NCBI GenBank assembly: GCA_017940575.1
Contig: JAGAYJ010000008.1
Location: 350 to 64,349, forward strand
DNA from: Bacilli bacterium
Lineage (GTDB): Bacteria; Bacillota_I; Bacilli_A; RF39; UBA660
Reading direction: 5' to 3'
Length of the DNA stretch: 64,000 bases
In this document: positions 1 to 12,418 of the stretch, piece by piece
Layout of the letters: every line of letters starts with the position of its first letter
How positions within the stretch are numbered: position 1 is the first letter of the stretch
Notes under the pieces: generated by a model
Told to the model about the DNA's origin: nothing
The model's database searches: none
What the model saw: the letters and a program-made list of their open reading frames with translations, nothing else
Program-made: the position numbers and the translations under genes

Positions 1-37
1 AAATAAAAATTTTTATATTTTTTTATATTAAAAACTA

Positions 38-59
38 TAATGTTTCACGTGAAACATTA
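38..59. promoter_or_regulatory. parS site 1 (16-bp core TGTTTCACGTGAAACA at 41-56; 22-bp perfect palindrome)
   Basis: Read directly: TAATGTTTCACGTGAAACATTA. Exact match to the Firmicute parS consensus TGTTNCACGTGAAACA. Overlaps the stop codon of the 57-350 ORF. Confidence 0.85.
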
Positions 60-350
60 GTTTAATATTTTAATTTTATCATTTGATATTTCATTATTTT
101 TTAACATTAAAGTTATATTTTTAAGCTGATTAAAAACATTACCTAATTTAATATTATTCTCCATAAAATCTTTTGTATAATCTATTCCTAGTTTATTAAA
201 TTGTTTATTTATTAAAACTTTATTCATTTCTTGATAACAATCTTTCAATTCATAAAGATATTTAGCTTTTTTTATAATATTAAAAGGTAAAATACGTTTC
301 CAATCAGGATTAAACTCTGTCATATATTCTTCAAAAGTTTTTTTATCCAT
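57..350 (-). CDS. hypothetical small protein (97 aa from MDKKTF...)
   Basis: ORF track 57..365. I prefer the ATG at 350, preceded by AAAGGGGAAATC (SD). No recognisable family. Bracketed by parS sites. Confidence 0.55.
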   Translation of the reverse strand: MDKKTFEEYMTEFNPDWKRILPFNIIKKAKYLYELKDCYQEMNKVLINKQFNKLGIDYTKDFMENNIKLGNVFNQLKNITLMLKNNEISNDKIKILN

Positions 351-404
351 GATTTCCCCTTTCAATTCTTCTTAATTATACAATAATTAATTATTTAAAA
401 TAAA

Positions 405-426
405 GAATGTTTCACGTGAAACATTC
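405..426. promoter_or_regulatory. parS site 2 (core 408-423; 22-bp palindrome GAATGTTTCACGTGAAACATTC)
   Basis: Exact parS core read directly; intergenic. Confidence 0.85.
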
Positions 427-501
427 GATTTGACATAAAAAGTATATTTACTTTACACTTTTAACAAATTAATTTATTTTTTAGAATTTTTATATATTTT
501 C

Positions 502-527
502 ATCAATGTTTCACGTGAAACATTGAT
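502..527. promoter_or_regulatory. parS site 3 (core 507-522; 26-bp palindrome ATCAATGTTTCACGTGAAACATTGAT)
   Basis: Exact parS core read directly; intergenic. Confidence 0.85.
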
Positions 528-542
528 TAACTTGTTTTTTTA

Positions 543-562
543 TATGTTTCACGTGAAACATA
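543..562. promoter_or_regulatory. parS site 4 (core 545-560; 20-bp palindrome TATGTTTCACGTGAAACATA)
   Basis: Exact parS core read directly; 20 nt downstream of the gyrA stop. Confidence 0.85.
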
Positions 563-581
563 AATTTAAAAAGAGACTTAA

Positions 582-3032
582 TTAAGCCTCTTCTTTATCA
601 GTCTCATTTTCTGATTCTTCATCTTTATTAATTAAAGAAACAGTACCAACTAATTGATCATCTTTTAAATTAATTAATTTAACACCTTGTGCAACACGAC
701 CAGTTGTTGAAATTTGTTCAATTGGTAGTCTAATAATCATACCACTATTAGTTATAATCATTAAGTCTTCATTACCATTAATTACTTTAAATGAAACTAT
801 GTTACCATTTTTTTCAGTTACATTAAGTGCTTTAACACCTTTACTTCCTCTATGAGTTTGACGATATTCTTCAATTGGTGTTTGTTTACCATATCCTTTT
901 TCTGTTACAACTAGCACATTTTGATTATCTTCAGCAATTTCACATCCAACACATGTACCATCTTCAACATTAATACCTTTAACACCACTTGCAGTTCTTC
1001 CTAATACTCTAATTTCATCTTCATTGAATCTAACCATTCTACCTGTAGATGATCCTATTAAAATATTATTATTACCATTAGTCTTTTTAACTGATATTAA
1101 TTTATCATCATCTTTTAGAGTTATAGCAATCTTACCATTTTTTCTAATACTATCAAATTCTTCTATTGCAGTTTTCTTAATCAAACCACTTTGTGTACAG
1201 AATACGATATATTTATTTTCTTCTTCATTTTCAATAGAAAGCATTGCTGTAACGTTTTCATCTTTTTCAATTGGAAGTAAGTTTATAATTGGAAGTCCTT
1301 TTGATTGTCTACTAAATTCAGGAACTTCATAACCCTTAATACGATATACTTTACCCTTATCAGTAAAGAATAAGATATAGTCATGAGTTGTCATTGAAAT
1401 TAAATATTCAACAAAGTCTTCTTCATTTGTAGTCATACCTTTAATTCCTACACCACCACGGTTTTGTGTTTTATAAACATCATGATTCATACGTTTAATA
1501 TAACCGTTTTTAGTAAGTGTTAGAATAATGCTTTCAACAGGAATAAGTGATTCATCTTCAATAAAGTCAATTGCTGTCATATCGATAGATGTTCTTCTCT
1601 CATCACCATATTTGTTTTTAATTTCAAGCATTTCTTCTTTAATAATACCTAAAACTTTTGCTTCACTAGCTAAAATTGATCTTAATTCTTCAATTCTCGC
1701 AAGTAAATCTTTAAGTTCATTTTCAATCTTATCTCTTTCAAGTCCAGTTAATCTTCTTAACTTCATTTCTAGAATTGCATCTGATTGAGCTTCAGTTAAA
1801 CCAAATTTACTCATTAAGCCAGCTTTTGCTTCTTCATCAGTTTTAGCGCCTCTAATTAATTTAATAACTTCATCAATATTATCAAGAGCTATTTTTAAAC
1901 CTTCTAAAATATGAACTCTTTTTTCACATTTATCTAAGTCAAATCTAGTTCTTCTAATAATAACTTCTTTTTGGAAATCAATATATTTAGAAATTATATC
2001 TTTTAAACCAAGTGTTTTTGGAACACCTTGATCTAGCATTAATAATGAAATACCAAATGTTGTTTGAAATTGTGTATGTTTATATAAATTATTTAAAACA
2101 ACTTGTGGATTTGCGTTATTTTTAAGAGTAATTGTAATTTTTACACCATCTTGTTGTAAATCAGTATGATAGTCAGCTATTCCCTCAATTGTTTTATTGT
2201 GAACTAATTCTGCTACCTTATTTTTTAAGTCTGATGTATTAACTCCATATGGAACTTCATCAACAATTATATAATGTTTTCCTTTTTCTTCTTCAATATG
2301 AGCACGTGATCTAATAGTAATTGAACCTTTTCCTGTCTCATATGCTTTTTTAATACCACTATTACCTAAGATTATACCACCTGTTGGAAAATCAGGCCCT
2401 TTAATATATTGCATAAGTCCTAAAGTATCAATATCAGGATTATCAATATATGCAATACATCCATCTATTACTTCACCTAAGTTATGAGGTGGAATATTTG
2501 TTGCCATACCAACAGCAATACCCATAGTACCATTTACTAAGATATTTGGAAATCTTGAAGGTAATACTTTTGGTTCTTTTTCAGTTTCATCAAAGTTTGG
2601 GTCAAAATCAATTGTATCTTTGTTGATATCTCTTAAAAGTTCTAGAGAAATCTTAGAAAGACGTGACTCTGTATAACGCATTGCGGCAGCGCCATCACCA
2701 TCGATGTTACCAAAGTTTCCGTGTCCATCTACAAGTGGTGTTCTATAACTAAATCCTTGAGCCATACGAACCATAGCTTCATATATAGAAGAATCACCAT
2801 GTGGATGGTATTTACCCATAACGTCACCTACTATACGAGCAGATTTACGATGTGGTTTATCAAAATTATAACCTGACTCATACATTGACCATAAAATACG
2901 TCTATGTACAGGTTTAAGTCCATCTCTTAAGTCAGGAAGTGCACGAGATACAATAACACTCATTGAGTAATCTATAAATGATTTTTCAATCTCTGCTACT
3001 ATATCATTTTCTTTCATTTGATCTGTATTCAT
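582..3032 (-). CDS. gyrA: DNA gyrase subunit A
   Basis: 816 aa. Motifs [32 protein letters not shown] (catalytic Tyr) and C-terminal beta-pinwheel repeats. Lies directly downstream of gyrB. Confidence 0.97.
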   Translation of the reverse strand: MNTDQMKENDIVAEIEKSFIDYSMSVIVSRALPDLRDGLKPVHRRILWSMYESGYNFDKPHRKSARIVGDVMGKYHPHGDSSIYEAMVRMAQGFSYRTPLVDGHGNFGNIDGDGAAAMRYTESRLSKISLELLRDINKDTIDFDPNFDETEKEPKVLPSRFPNILVNGTMGIAVGMATNIPPHNLGEVIDGCIAYIDNPDIDTLGLMQYIKGPDFPTGGIILGNSGIKKAYETGKGSITIRSRAHIEEEKGKHYIIVDEVPYGVNTSDLKNKVAELVHNKTIEGIADYHTDLQQDGVKITITLKNNANPQVVLNNLYKHTQFQTTFGISLLMLDQGVPKTLGLKDIISKYIDFQKEVIIRRTRFDLDKCEKRVHILEGLKIALDNIDEVIKLIRGAKTDEEAKAGLMSKFGLTEAQSDAILEMKLRRLTGLERDKIENELKDLLARIEELRSILASEAKVLGIIKEEMLEIKNKYGDERRTSIDMTAIDFIEDESLIPVESIILTLTKNGYIKRMNHDVYKTQNRGGVGIKGMTTNEEDFVEYLISMTTHDYILFFTDKGKVYRIKGYEVPEFSRQSKGLPIINLLPIEKDENVTAMLSIENEEENKYIVFCTQSGLIKKTAIEEFDSIRKNGKIAITLKDDDKLISVKKTNGNNNILIGSSTGRMVRFNEDEIRVLGRTASGVKGINVEDGTCVGCEIAEDNQNVLVVTEKGYGKQTPIEEYRQTHRGSKGVKALNVTEKNGNIVSFKVINGNEDLMIITNSGMIIRLPIEQISTTGRVAQGVKLINLKDDQLVGTVSLINKDEESENETDKEEA

Positions 3033-3045
3033 AAATTACCCCCTC

Positions 3046-6088
<3,043 letters not shown>

Positions 6089-6203
6089 TACTCACCTTCT
6101 TTTTTAAAAAAATGGCCTAAATTTAAAAATTTAGTAATTCGAGGTATCCCACTACCTATATATAATTATACCAAAAAATCACCAAAAAAAGAAGAGATTT
6201 TCT

Positions 6204-6647
6204 TTATTTTCTTCTTTTTCTTACTATTGAATCAAGCATTGTAGATCTATAAATTTGATTTTCTAGTGAACCATATGAAATATCTAAATTAAGCTCATAT
6301 CCATTTTTAAATTTTACTCTAGATGATTTATCATTTTTCATATATTTTTCTATTTGATTTAAGAATATCCAACAACATTTTTCATCTCTTGGAGTAAGTG
6401 TTGGAAATGTTATTATATTTTGTGTCTCTTCTACTAAAATAGGAGTTTTATAAGAAATTCCAAGCATACTTATAGTTCCAATATGTCTTCCCTCATAAGA
6501 TGAACCAAAATATCTACAACTTTTATCCACAATATCAAATGAATTTTGATTAATAAAAAAATCATCATCCTCTTCTATTATGTGACTAACTCTATCTGTT
6601 ATAGGTATGATAGCCATAGTTTTACTGTTAATTTCATAGTTTTCCAT
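6204..6647 (-). CDS. comK: ComK-family competence transcription factor homologue (short, 147 aa)
   Basis: Collinear with B. subtilis ComK from memory: YEIN..TMAIIP, IVDKSCRYFGSSYEGR, KTPILVE...FPTLTPR, ISYGSLENQIYRS. Lacks the C-terminal ~45 aa of the Bacillus protein. Confidence 0.75.
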   Translation of the reverse strand: MENYEINSKTMAIIPITDRVSHIIEEDDDFFINQNSFDIVDKSCRYFGSSYEGRHIGTISMLGISYKTPILVEETQNIITFPTLTPRDEKCCWIFLNQIEKYMKNDKSSRVKFKNGYELNLDISYGSLENQIYRSTMLDSIVRKRRK

Positions 6648-6756
6648 ATTTTTCCTCTTTTCTTTAAATTTAATGGCTCCTACTTTACACTATAGTCTTG
6701 TCGAAATTTGTTTTTTATTGTGGAAAAGTATAAAAAAAATAGGATTTTTCCTATTT

Positions 6757-7878
6757 TTAGTAAGTTTTAACTGGAACAATTAATTGAATAATATCATCAT
6801 TCTCAGGATTTGTTATTAAAATTGGTTTTTCTTCACCATTAAAGTTTAAACATACTTCATTAGAATCAAATGATTTTAATGCATCTAACATATATTTAGA
6901 TGAGAAAGCTACTTTAAATCTTGATTCATTATTAGTTAAACAACTAACAGTCTCTTCTACATGTCCAATCTCAGGTATATTTGATGAAATATTAATAGTA
7001 GATCCCTCAAAATTTAATTTAATAGTATTTTTATCAAATTCACTAGTTAAAAGTGATGCTCTATCTATTGCTTGATAAAAATCAGCTAAATTTAGAGTTA
7101 AAATGCTTTCAAATTCACTAGGAATTAATTTATTAGTATCTGGATAATTACCATTAATAAGTCTTGACATCATTAAAATATTATCAAATTTAAATATTAT
7201 TTTATTATTAAATATGTGGATTTCTATTAATTCATCACTATCATTTAACATTCTCTCTAACTCAATTAAGTTTTTAGATGGAACAATTATATTAATAGAT
7301 TCAGATAAAGAATCATTTAATTTAACAGTTTTCTTAGCTAATCTATAAGAATCTGTTGTAGTACACTCTAATATATTATTATTTATTTTAAAGTTAATAC
7401 CGGTAAATTCTGGTCTATTTTCTTGAGTTGATGCTGCAAATGAAGTTTGTTTAATAATATTTTTAAAATCACTTCTCATCATATGAATTGGAGTTTTACT
7501 ATCGTCTAAGTTTAACTCTGGAAATTCATTTACATTATTACAATTTAAGCTAAATGAAGAATTAGATGTGGAAATGTTTATTTGATTATCAATAACTTCT
7601 TCTATTTTAATAATATCATTTGGAAGTTTTCTTATAATTTCATAAATATATCTACCAGATATTACAACTTCACCTAAGTTATTAACTCGCTCAATATCAC
7701 TAGATGGTATAAATGTTTTAATAGCACCTTCATTATCAGTACTTGTCATATATAATCCTTCATTTGTAAGTTCAAATTTTATACAGTTTAATATTGGAAT
7801 AATATTCTTATTAGATATTCCTTTAATAGCATAATTTAAATTATTTAATAAAATACTTTGTTTAATTTCTAAATTCAT
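6757..7878 (-). CDS. dnaN: DNA polymerase III beta sliding clamp
   Basis: 373 aa. Position directly after dnaA; typical N-terminus (LNYAIKGISNKNIIPILNCIKF) and C-terminus (PILI...IQLIVPVKTY). Confidence 0.95.
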   Translation of the reverse strand: MNLEIKQSILLNNLNYAIKGISNKNIIPILNCIKFELTNEGLYMTSTDNEGAIKTFIPSSDIERVNNLGEVVISGRYIYEIIRKLPNDIIKIEEVIDNQINISTSNSSFSLNCNNVNEFPELNLDDSKTPIHMMRSDFKNIIKQTSFAASTQENRPEFTGINFKINNNILECTTTDSYRLAKKTVKLNDSLSESINIIVPSKNLIELERMLNDSDELIEIHIFNNKIIFKFDNILMMSRLINGNYPDTNKLIPSEFESILTLNLADFYQAIDRASLLTSEFDKNTIKLNFEGSTINISSNIPEIGHVEETVSCLTNNESRFKVAFSSKYMLDALKSFDSNEVCLNFNGEEKPILITNPENDDIIQLIVPVKTY

Positions 7879-8026
7879 ATAAACCCTCCTAATTTTTATT
7901 ATTTATAGTATTTATTATTATTATAGAGGTGGAAAAGTGTGGAAAAATAAGTAAAGTCCTTATTTTTCAAGGCTAAACCACCATTTTTACATGTTAATAA
8001 AGTGTTAATAAAATTGTAAATATCCA
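7879..8026 (-). other. oriC part 2 (dnaA-dnaN intergenic): tandem DnaA boxes GGTGGAAAA 7928-7936 and TGTGGAAAA 7938-7946, next to an AT-rich candidate unwinding tract 7893-7925
   Basis: Boxes are 1-2 mismatches from TGTGGATAA (reverse complement of TTATCCACA). The adjacent 33 nt read on the minus strand as 11 consecutive NAN triplets. Confidence 0.7.
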
Positions 8027-9382
8027 CTATACTAACTTGTTAATTATTTTTTCAATCTCATCTTTTAAATCTGGTTGTTTTTTAATTTCTTTTTTAATCT
8101 TATCAACAGAGTGCATAACTGTTGTATGGTCTTTTCCACCAAATTCACTACCAATTTTAGGAAATGACTCTTCAAGATATGTTCTACATATATACATAGC
8201 AACTTGCCTTGGAAAAGCAACAGTAGCTACCCTTCTCTTACTTTTTAAGTCTTCCACAGTAATATTATAGTTTTTAGCAACTAATTGTTGAACTTGCTCT
8301 ACTTTATTTTTAGATACCACAGTATTTACAAAATATCCTTTTAAAGCTTCATTTGCAAGGTCAAGATCAATATCACAACCATTCATCATAGCAGCATATG
8401 CTATAACTCTTGTTATTGCACCTTCTATTTTTCTAACATCACTTGTACAGTTACTTGCAATAAACTCTTGTACATCTTTAGGAAAAGGCGTATTTAACAT
8501 ATGACCTTCTAGTTTTTTTTCTATAATATTTAGTCTTAGTTCAAATTCAGGTGGTTCAATTGGTATTGTAATACCCCAGTTAAACCTAGTTCTTAGTCTA
8601 TCTTCAAGCAATTTTAAATCATCTGGTGATCTATCTGAAGATATAATAATTTGTTTATTTTTATCATATAATTCATTGAAAGTGTTAAAAAATTCTTGTT
8701 GTGTTTTTACACCATTACCAAGATATTGAATATCATCTATTATTAAGATATCCACATCTCTATATTTTTTCTTGAATAAATCCACACTATCAAAGTTATT
8801 TCCGTCTTGATTTCTTTTATTTATGTTGATAAAGTCATCAACAAATTTTTCACTTGTAACATAAAGTACTCTACTTTTATTGTTTTTAAGTGCATAATTA
8901 CCAACAGCATGCATTAAATGTGTCTTACCTAACCCACTATTTCCATAAATAAACAGTGGATTATACATCTGTCCTGGTTTTTCCGCAACAGCAAATGCTG
9001 TAAGTTTAGCAAACTTATTACTATTACCTACTATAAAGTTATCAAATGTATAATTTGGATTTAGGTTTGATTCAAATTGAGATATAGCAGGAACACCTAT
9101 ATTTTCTGTTTTTATATTTATATTTGAATTTTCTATTTCATCTTCAGTTAGATATTCAAATTTAAAGTTAGATCCTGATACTTCTGTAAATATCTCCTCT
9201 ATTATCTCATTATAGTTTTCACTAAGCATTTTTTTATGTACATGCATTGGAACTGATAATGTGACAATATTATCCTTTATTCTAGCTATTTTTGTTTCAG
9301 CAAACCATGTGTCAAATGTTATTGGGGATAATTCACCTTTTATTCTTTCTAAAAAAGAATTCCATAGTTTTGAATTGTCCAT
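8027..9382 (-). CDS. dnaA: chromosomal replication initiator DnaA
   Basis: 451 aa. Motifs YTFDNFIVGNSN, GNSGLGKTHL (Walker A), LIIDDIQ, and C-terminal box-binding helix GGKDHTTVMHS. Confidence 0.97.
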   Translation of the reverse strand: MDNSKLWNSFLERIKGELSPITFDTWFAETKIARIKDNIVTLSVPMHVHKKMLSENYNEIIEEIFTEVSGSNFKFEYLTEDEIENSNINIKTENIGVPAISQFESNLNPNYTFDNFIVGNSNKFAKLTAFAVAEKPGQMYNPLFIYGNSGLGKTHLMHAVGNYALKNNKSRVLYVTSEKFVDDFININKRNQDGNNFDSVDLFKKKYRDVDILIIDDIQYLGNGVKTQQEFFNTFNELYDKNKQIIISSDRSPDDLKLLEDRLRTRFNWGITIPIEPPEFELRLNIIEKKLEGHMLNTPFPKDVQEFIASNCTSDVRKIEGAITRVIAYAAMMNGCDIDLDLANEALKGYFVNTVVSKNKVEQVQQLVAKNYNITVEDLKSKRRVATVAFPRQVAMYICRTYLEESFPKIGSEFGGKDHTTVMHSVDKIKKEIKKQPDLKDEIEKIINKLV

Positions 9383-9719
9383 AAAGTCACCTCCAATACA
9401 TCTTTATCACTATTTTACAATATTTTTACATAAAAAAAAACAAAAAATGTGGAAAAATAGCAAAAAAATACTTATAAACAGCGAATTCCACAATTAAATC
9501 TCTTTGATTTTAAATGTAAACTTTACTTGTCAACACTTTTTGTGGAAAAAATTTAAATTTTTAATTCACATGTGATTATTTTTTTATCAACATACTGTTA
9601 ATTAAAGTGGAAAAAACTTTAAGACATTTAAATATAATGTAAAAAAACATTTGACAAATTGTGGATTTATCTATATAATTGATAAAGCAAAGAGAAATTA
9701 GATAGTACGGAGGTGGATT
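9383..9719. other. oriC part 1 (dnaA-rpmH intergenic): DnaA-box cluster at 9448-9456, 9484-9492 (weak), 9541-9549, 9606-9614, 9660-9668
   Basis: Repeated TGTGGAAAA / AGTGGAAAA / TGTGGATTT and an inverted AATTCCACA, read directly between the divergent dnaA and rpmH. Confidence 0.75.
9651..9679 (+). promoter_or_regulatory. sigma-A type promoter of rpmH (TTGACA-17-TATAAT) with a DnaA box in the spacer
   Basis: TTGACA 9651-9656, TATAAT 9674-9679, exact 17-nt spacer containing TGTGGATTT (9660-9668). Confidence 0.7.
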
Positions 9720-9842
9720 ATGAAAAGAACATTTCAACCTAATAATAGAAAAAGAGCTAAAAAACACGGTTTCTTCGCTCGTATGAAAACTAATATAATT
9801 AATAAGAGAAGAAAAAAAGGTCGTAAAGTTTTATCTCATTAA
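9720..9842 (+). CDS. rpmH: 50S ribosomal protein L34 (40 aa; below the ORF-track cut-off)
   Basis: Translated by hand: [50 protein letters not shown] lies 4 nt upstream. Confidence 0.93.
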   Translation: MKRTFQPNNRKRAKKHGFFARMKTNIINKRRKKGRKVLSH

Positions 9843-9843
9843 T

Positions 9844-9864
9844 AAACACCAATGGTGTTTTTTA
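9844..9864 (+). terminator. short hairpin plus T-run after rpmH
   Basis: AACACC-AAT-GGTGTT followed by TTTTT. Confidence 0.45.
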
Positions 9865-9983
9865 TTATATATAAAGATTATATTATATAATGTATTAAAT
9901 ACACAAATAATATTTTTACTTAATTTATATATTTTAATTGCGATTTTAACCCTTAATATAGTATAATTATAAATGGAAATGAT

Positions 9984-10325
9984 GTGGTCATTTTGAAAAA
10001 AATAAATATTGTTAAAAATAATTATGATTTTGATCGAATAATTAAAAATAATAGAGCATTTAAATATAAGCACTTTTTAATTTACAAAGAGGATATGAAA
10101 GGTTTATATCATTTTGGTATATCGGTGTCAAAACATATTTGTAATGCTGTTGGAAGAAATAAATATAAAAGACAGATCAGAGACATAATTGATGATTATG
10201 AATTTAAAGATAACTTTAATTGTATTATAATAGTTAGAAAGAGTATTTTAAATTCAAATTATAATGAAATGAAAGAACAATTAGATTTTTGTTTTAAAAA
10301 AATAGGTATATTAAAGGAGCAATAA
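9984..10325 (+). CDS. rnpA: RNase P protein component
   Basis: 113 aa, basic, downstream of rpmH and upstream of yidC. Motif VSKHICNAVGRNKYKRQIR. Exact start uncertain (GTG 9984 or TTG 9993). Confidence 0.85.
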   Translation: MVILKKINIVKNNYDFDRIIKNNRAFKYKHFLIYKEDMKGLYHFGISVSKHICNAVGRNKYKRQIRDIIDDYEFKDNFNCIIIVRKSILNSNYNEMKEQLDFCFKKIGILKEQ

Positions 10326-10326
10326 A

Positions 10327-11280
10327 ATGAAAAAAACAATTAAATTATTTATAGTTATATCTTTAATGCTGACATTAACTGGATGTACTAAATATATGAA
10401 AGATTCAACTGGTAAGATTTTACAAAATGAATCAACTGGACAAAATTTACCATCAAATATTTTATGTAAACCTACAGATAGTGAGACTTTAGAAATTTAT
10501 AAAAATTATAATGAAAAAAATAAAAAAAATAAAATAGATATTGATTCATTACCTGAATGTGAGGATATGTCTATTGTATCTAAAAATTATGATGGATTAT
10601 GGGTTACTATTTTTGTTCAACCTTTAGCTTGGATAATTATAAAAATAGGATTACTTGTTAAAAATTATGGTCTAGCTATTATTTTATGTACTTTATTAAT
10701 TAGAGGATTAGTATTCCCACTTACTAAAAAAACTGCTATGCAATCTGAAAATATGAAGAAAGCACAAGGTAAACTTAGTAAAATAGAAAAGAAATATCAA
10801 AATAGAAATGATCAAGCAAGTATGATGCAAAAAGCTCAGGAAATTCAAATGATTTATAAAGAATATAATATAAATCCACTATCAAGTTGTTTAGTAATGT
10901 TTATTCAAATACCTTTATTCTTTGCTTTCTATGAAGCAATTACAAGAATACCTGCAATATTTGAAGAATCATTCTTAGGACTTAACTTAGAAACAAGTCC
11001 AAGTGTAGGACTTTTAAAACAAGGTAATATTTTATATTTAATATTAATTATTTTAGTAGTACTTGCTACATACTTGTCATTTAAAATGTCATCAAGAGAT
11101 GTAATGAGTGAAGAACAAGCTCAACAAATGAAGACTATGACATATTTTATGGTAGTAATGATGTCTATTACAGCATTCTCAATATCATCAGGTATTGCTG
11201 TTTATTGGGTAACATCAAATATATTTACAATACTACAAAATATAGCTGTTAAAAGGAGCGTAAAAAATGGTAGAAATTAG
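10327..11280 (+). CDS. yidC: membrane protein insertase YidC/SpoIIIJ (lipoprotein form)
   Basis: 317 aa. Lipobox LTLTGC. Motifs LAIILCTLLIRGLVFPLTKK and IAVYWVTSNIFTILQ. Confidence 0.93.
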   Translation: MKKTIKLFIVISLMLTLTGCTKYMKDSTGKILQNESTGQNLPSNILCKPTDSETLEIYKNYNEKNKKNKIDIDSLPECEDMSIVSKNYDGLWVTIFVQPLAWIIIKIGLLVKNYGLAIILCTLLIRGLVFPLTKKTAMQSENMKKAQGKLSKIEKKYQNRNDQASMMQKAQEIQMIYKEYNINPLSSCLVMFIQIPLFFAFYEAITRIPAIFEESFLGLNLETSPSVGLLKQGNILYLILIILVVLATYLSFKMSSRDVMSEEQAQQMKTMTYFMVVMMSITAFSISSGIAVYWVTSNIFTILQNIAVKRSVKNGRN

Positions 11281-11881
11281 AAAGTTTGAAGCAAAAACTA
11301 AAGAAGAAGCATTAGAAAATGCCGTAAAAGAGTTAAATGTTAGAGTTGAAGATTTATTTTATAAAGATGAATTTATTGAAGGAAAACTATTTAAACCTTC
11401 TAAATATATTGTTTCAATTATTAATAAAGAAGATATAAAAAAATATATAGCTGAATTTTTTGAGAAAATTGCTGAATATATGAATATCAATATAGAAACT
11501 GAAATAATAGAAGCTGAAAATATATTTAATGTATTACTTGTATCCAGTAATAATGCAATATTAATTGGAAAAGAAGGAAAAACATTAAATACACTACAAA
11601 CGTTAATTAGACAAGCTATTAAGAATAATACCGGATTATCTATTAGACTTAATTTAGATGTATCTAATTATAAAATTAAAAAATTAAAAAATATAGAGAG
11701 ACTTGTTAGAGGAGTTGCTGCAGATGTAGAAGCATCACATTTAACTATCTCACTAGATCCTATGAACTCTTATGAGAGAAGATTAGTTCACACAATTATA
11801 TCTGAATATCCTGCTTTAATTACTGAAAGTGTTGGAGAAGGAAAAGATAGACACGTAACAATTAAATATAAAGAATCTTAA
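11267..11881 (+). CDS. jag: Jag/KhpB RNA-binding protein (Jag_N, KH, R3H)
   Basis: 204 aa. Motifs LIGKEGKTLNTLQTL (KH) and MNSYERRLVHT (R3H). Conserved position after yidC. Confidence 0.9.
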   Translation: MVEIRKFEAKTKEEALENAVKELNVRVEDLFYKDEFIEGKLFKPSKYIVSIINKEDIKKYIAEFFEKIAEYMNINIETEIIEAENIFNVLLVSSNNAILIGKEGKTLNTLQTLIRQAIKNNTGLSIRLNLDVSNYKIKKLKNIERLVRGVAADVEASHLTISLDPMNSYERRLVHTIISEYPALITESVGEGKDRHVTIKYKES

Positions 11882-11922
11882 ATATAATCTCATGATTATA
11901 TTTTTTCGTAAGGAGAATGTTT

Positions 11923-12417
11923 ATGAGTATATTATGGAGAGTAGAGTATTATAAAATTGTAAAAGAAATACTAGAACATCCTGAATTCATAAAAAGAAAA
12001 AATTTTAAACATCATTCTAATATATCTGTATATGATCATTGTCTAGCTGTATCTAAGCTTTCATATAAACTTGCTCGTCGTATGCATTTAGACTATAAAA
12101 GTGCAGCAATTGGGGGATTACTTCATGATTTTTATACTAAGCCTTGGCAAGAATGTACAGAAAAGAAGAAATTATTAGAACAACATGGCTTTACTCATGC
12201 AAAAGATGCATTAATGAATGCTCATAAATATTTTCCAAATCTAATGAATGAAAAAATTGATGATATAATACTTAGACATATGTTTCCACTTAATAAAATT
12301 CCTCCTAAATATAAAGAGGGATGGATTGTTACAACAGTAGATAAATATATATCATTAGAAGTATTTAAAAATCCTAAGTTTTTACCAAAACTAGTAGGAC
12401 TAGGAAAGAAGGGATAA
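11923..12417 (+). CDS. HD-domain phosphohydrolase family protein
   Basis: ORF track 11917..12417. The second ATG (11923) is better spaced from SD AGGAGA. Motifs HCLAVS and GGLLHDF (HD motif). Confidence 0.75.
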   Translation: MSILWRVEYYKIVKEILEHPEFIKRKNFKHHSNISVYDHCLAVSKLSYKLARRMHLDYKSAAIGGLLHDFYTKPWQECTEKKKLLEQHGFTHAKDALMNAHKYFPNLMNEKIDDIILRHMFPLNKIPPKYKEGWIVTTVDKYISLEVFKNPKFLPKLVGLGKKG

Positions 12418-12418
12418 T

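Noticed and set aside
9566-9575. Palindrome TCACATGTGA in the dnaA-upstream region
   Set aside because: It is a short 10-bp palindrome in AT-rich DNA, occurs once, and matches no regulator I can name.
9720-9842. L34 is only 40 aa, and a hairpin with T-run separates rpmH from rnpA
   Set aside because: The conserved N-terminal MKRTFQP and C-terminal GRKVLS are intact, so the shortening is a small internal deletion, not a pseudogene. The hairpin is weak (6-7 bp, 3-nt loop), so I do not claim operon uncoupling.
8037-10073. ORF-track entries 8037..8270, 9261..9497, 9576..9767 and 9831..10073 in dnaA / oriC / rpmH
   Set aside because: They are either antisense to dnaA and rpmH or run through the DnaA-box cluster and promoters. 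The real small gene here is rpmH (9720-9842), which the track missed.
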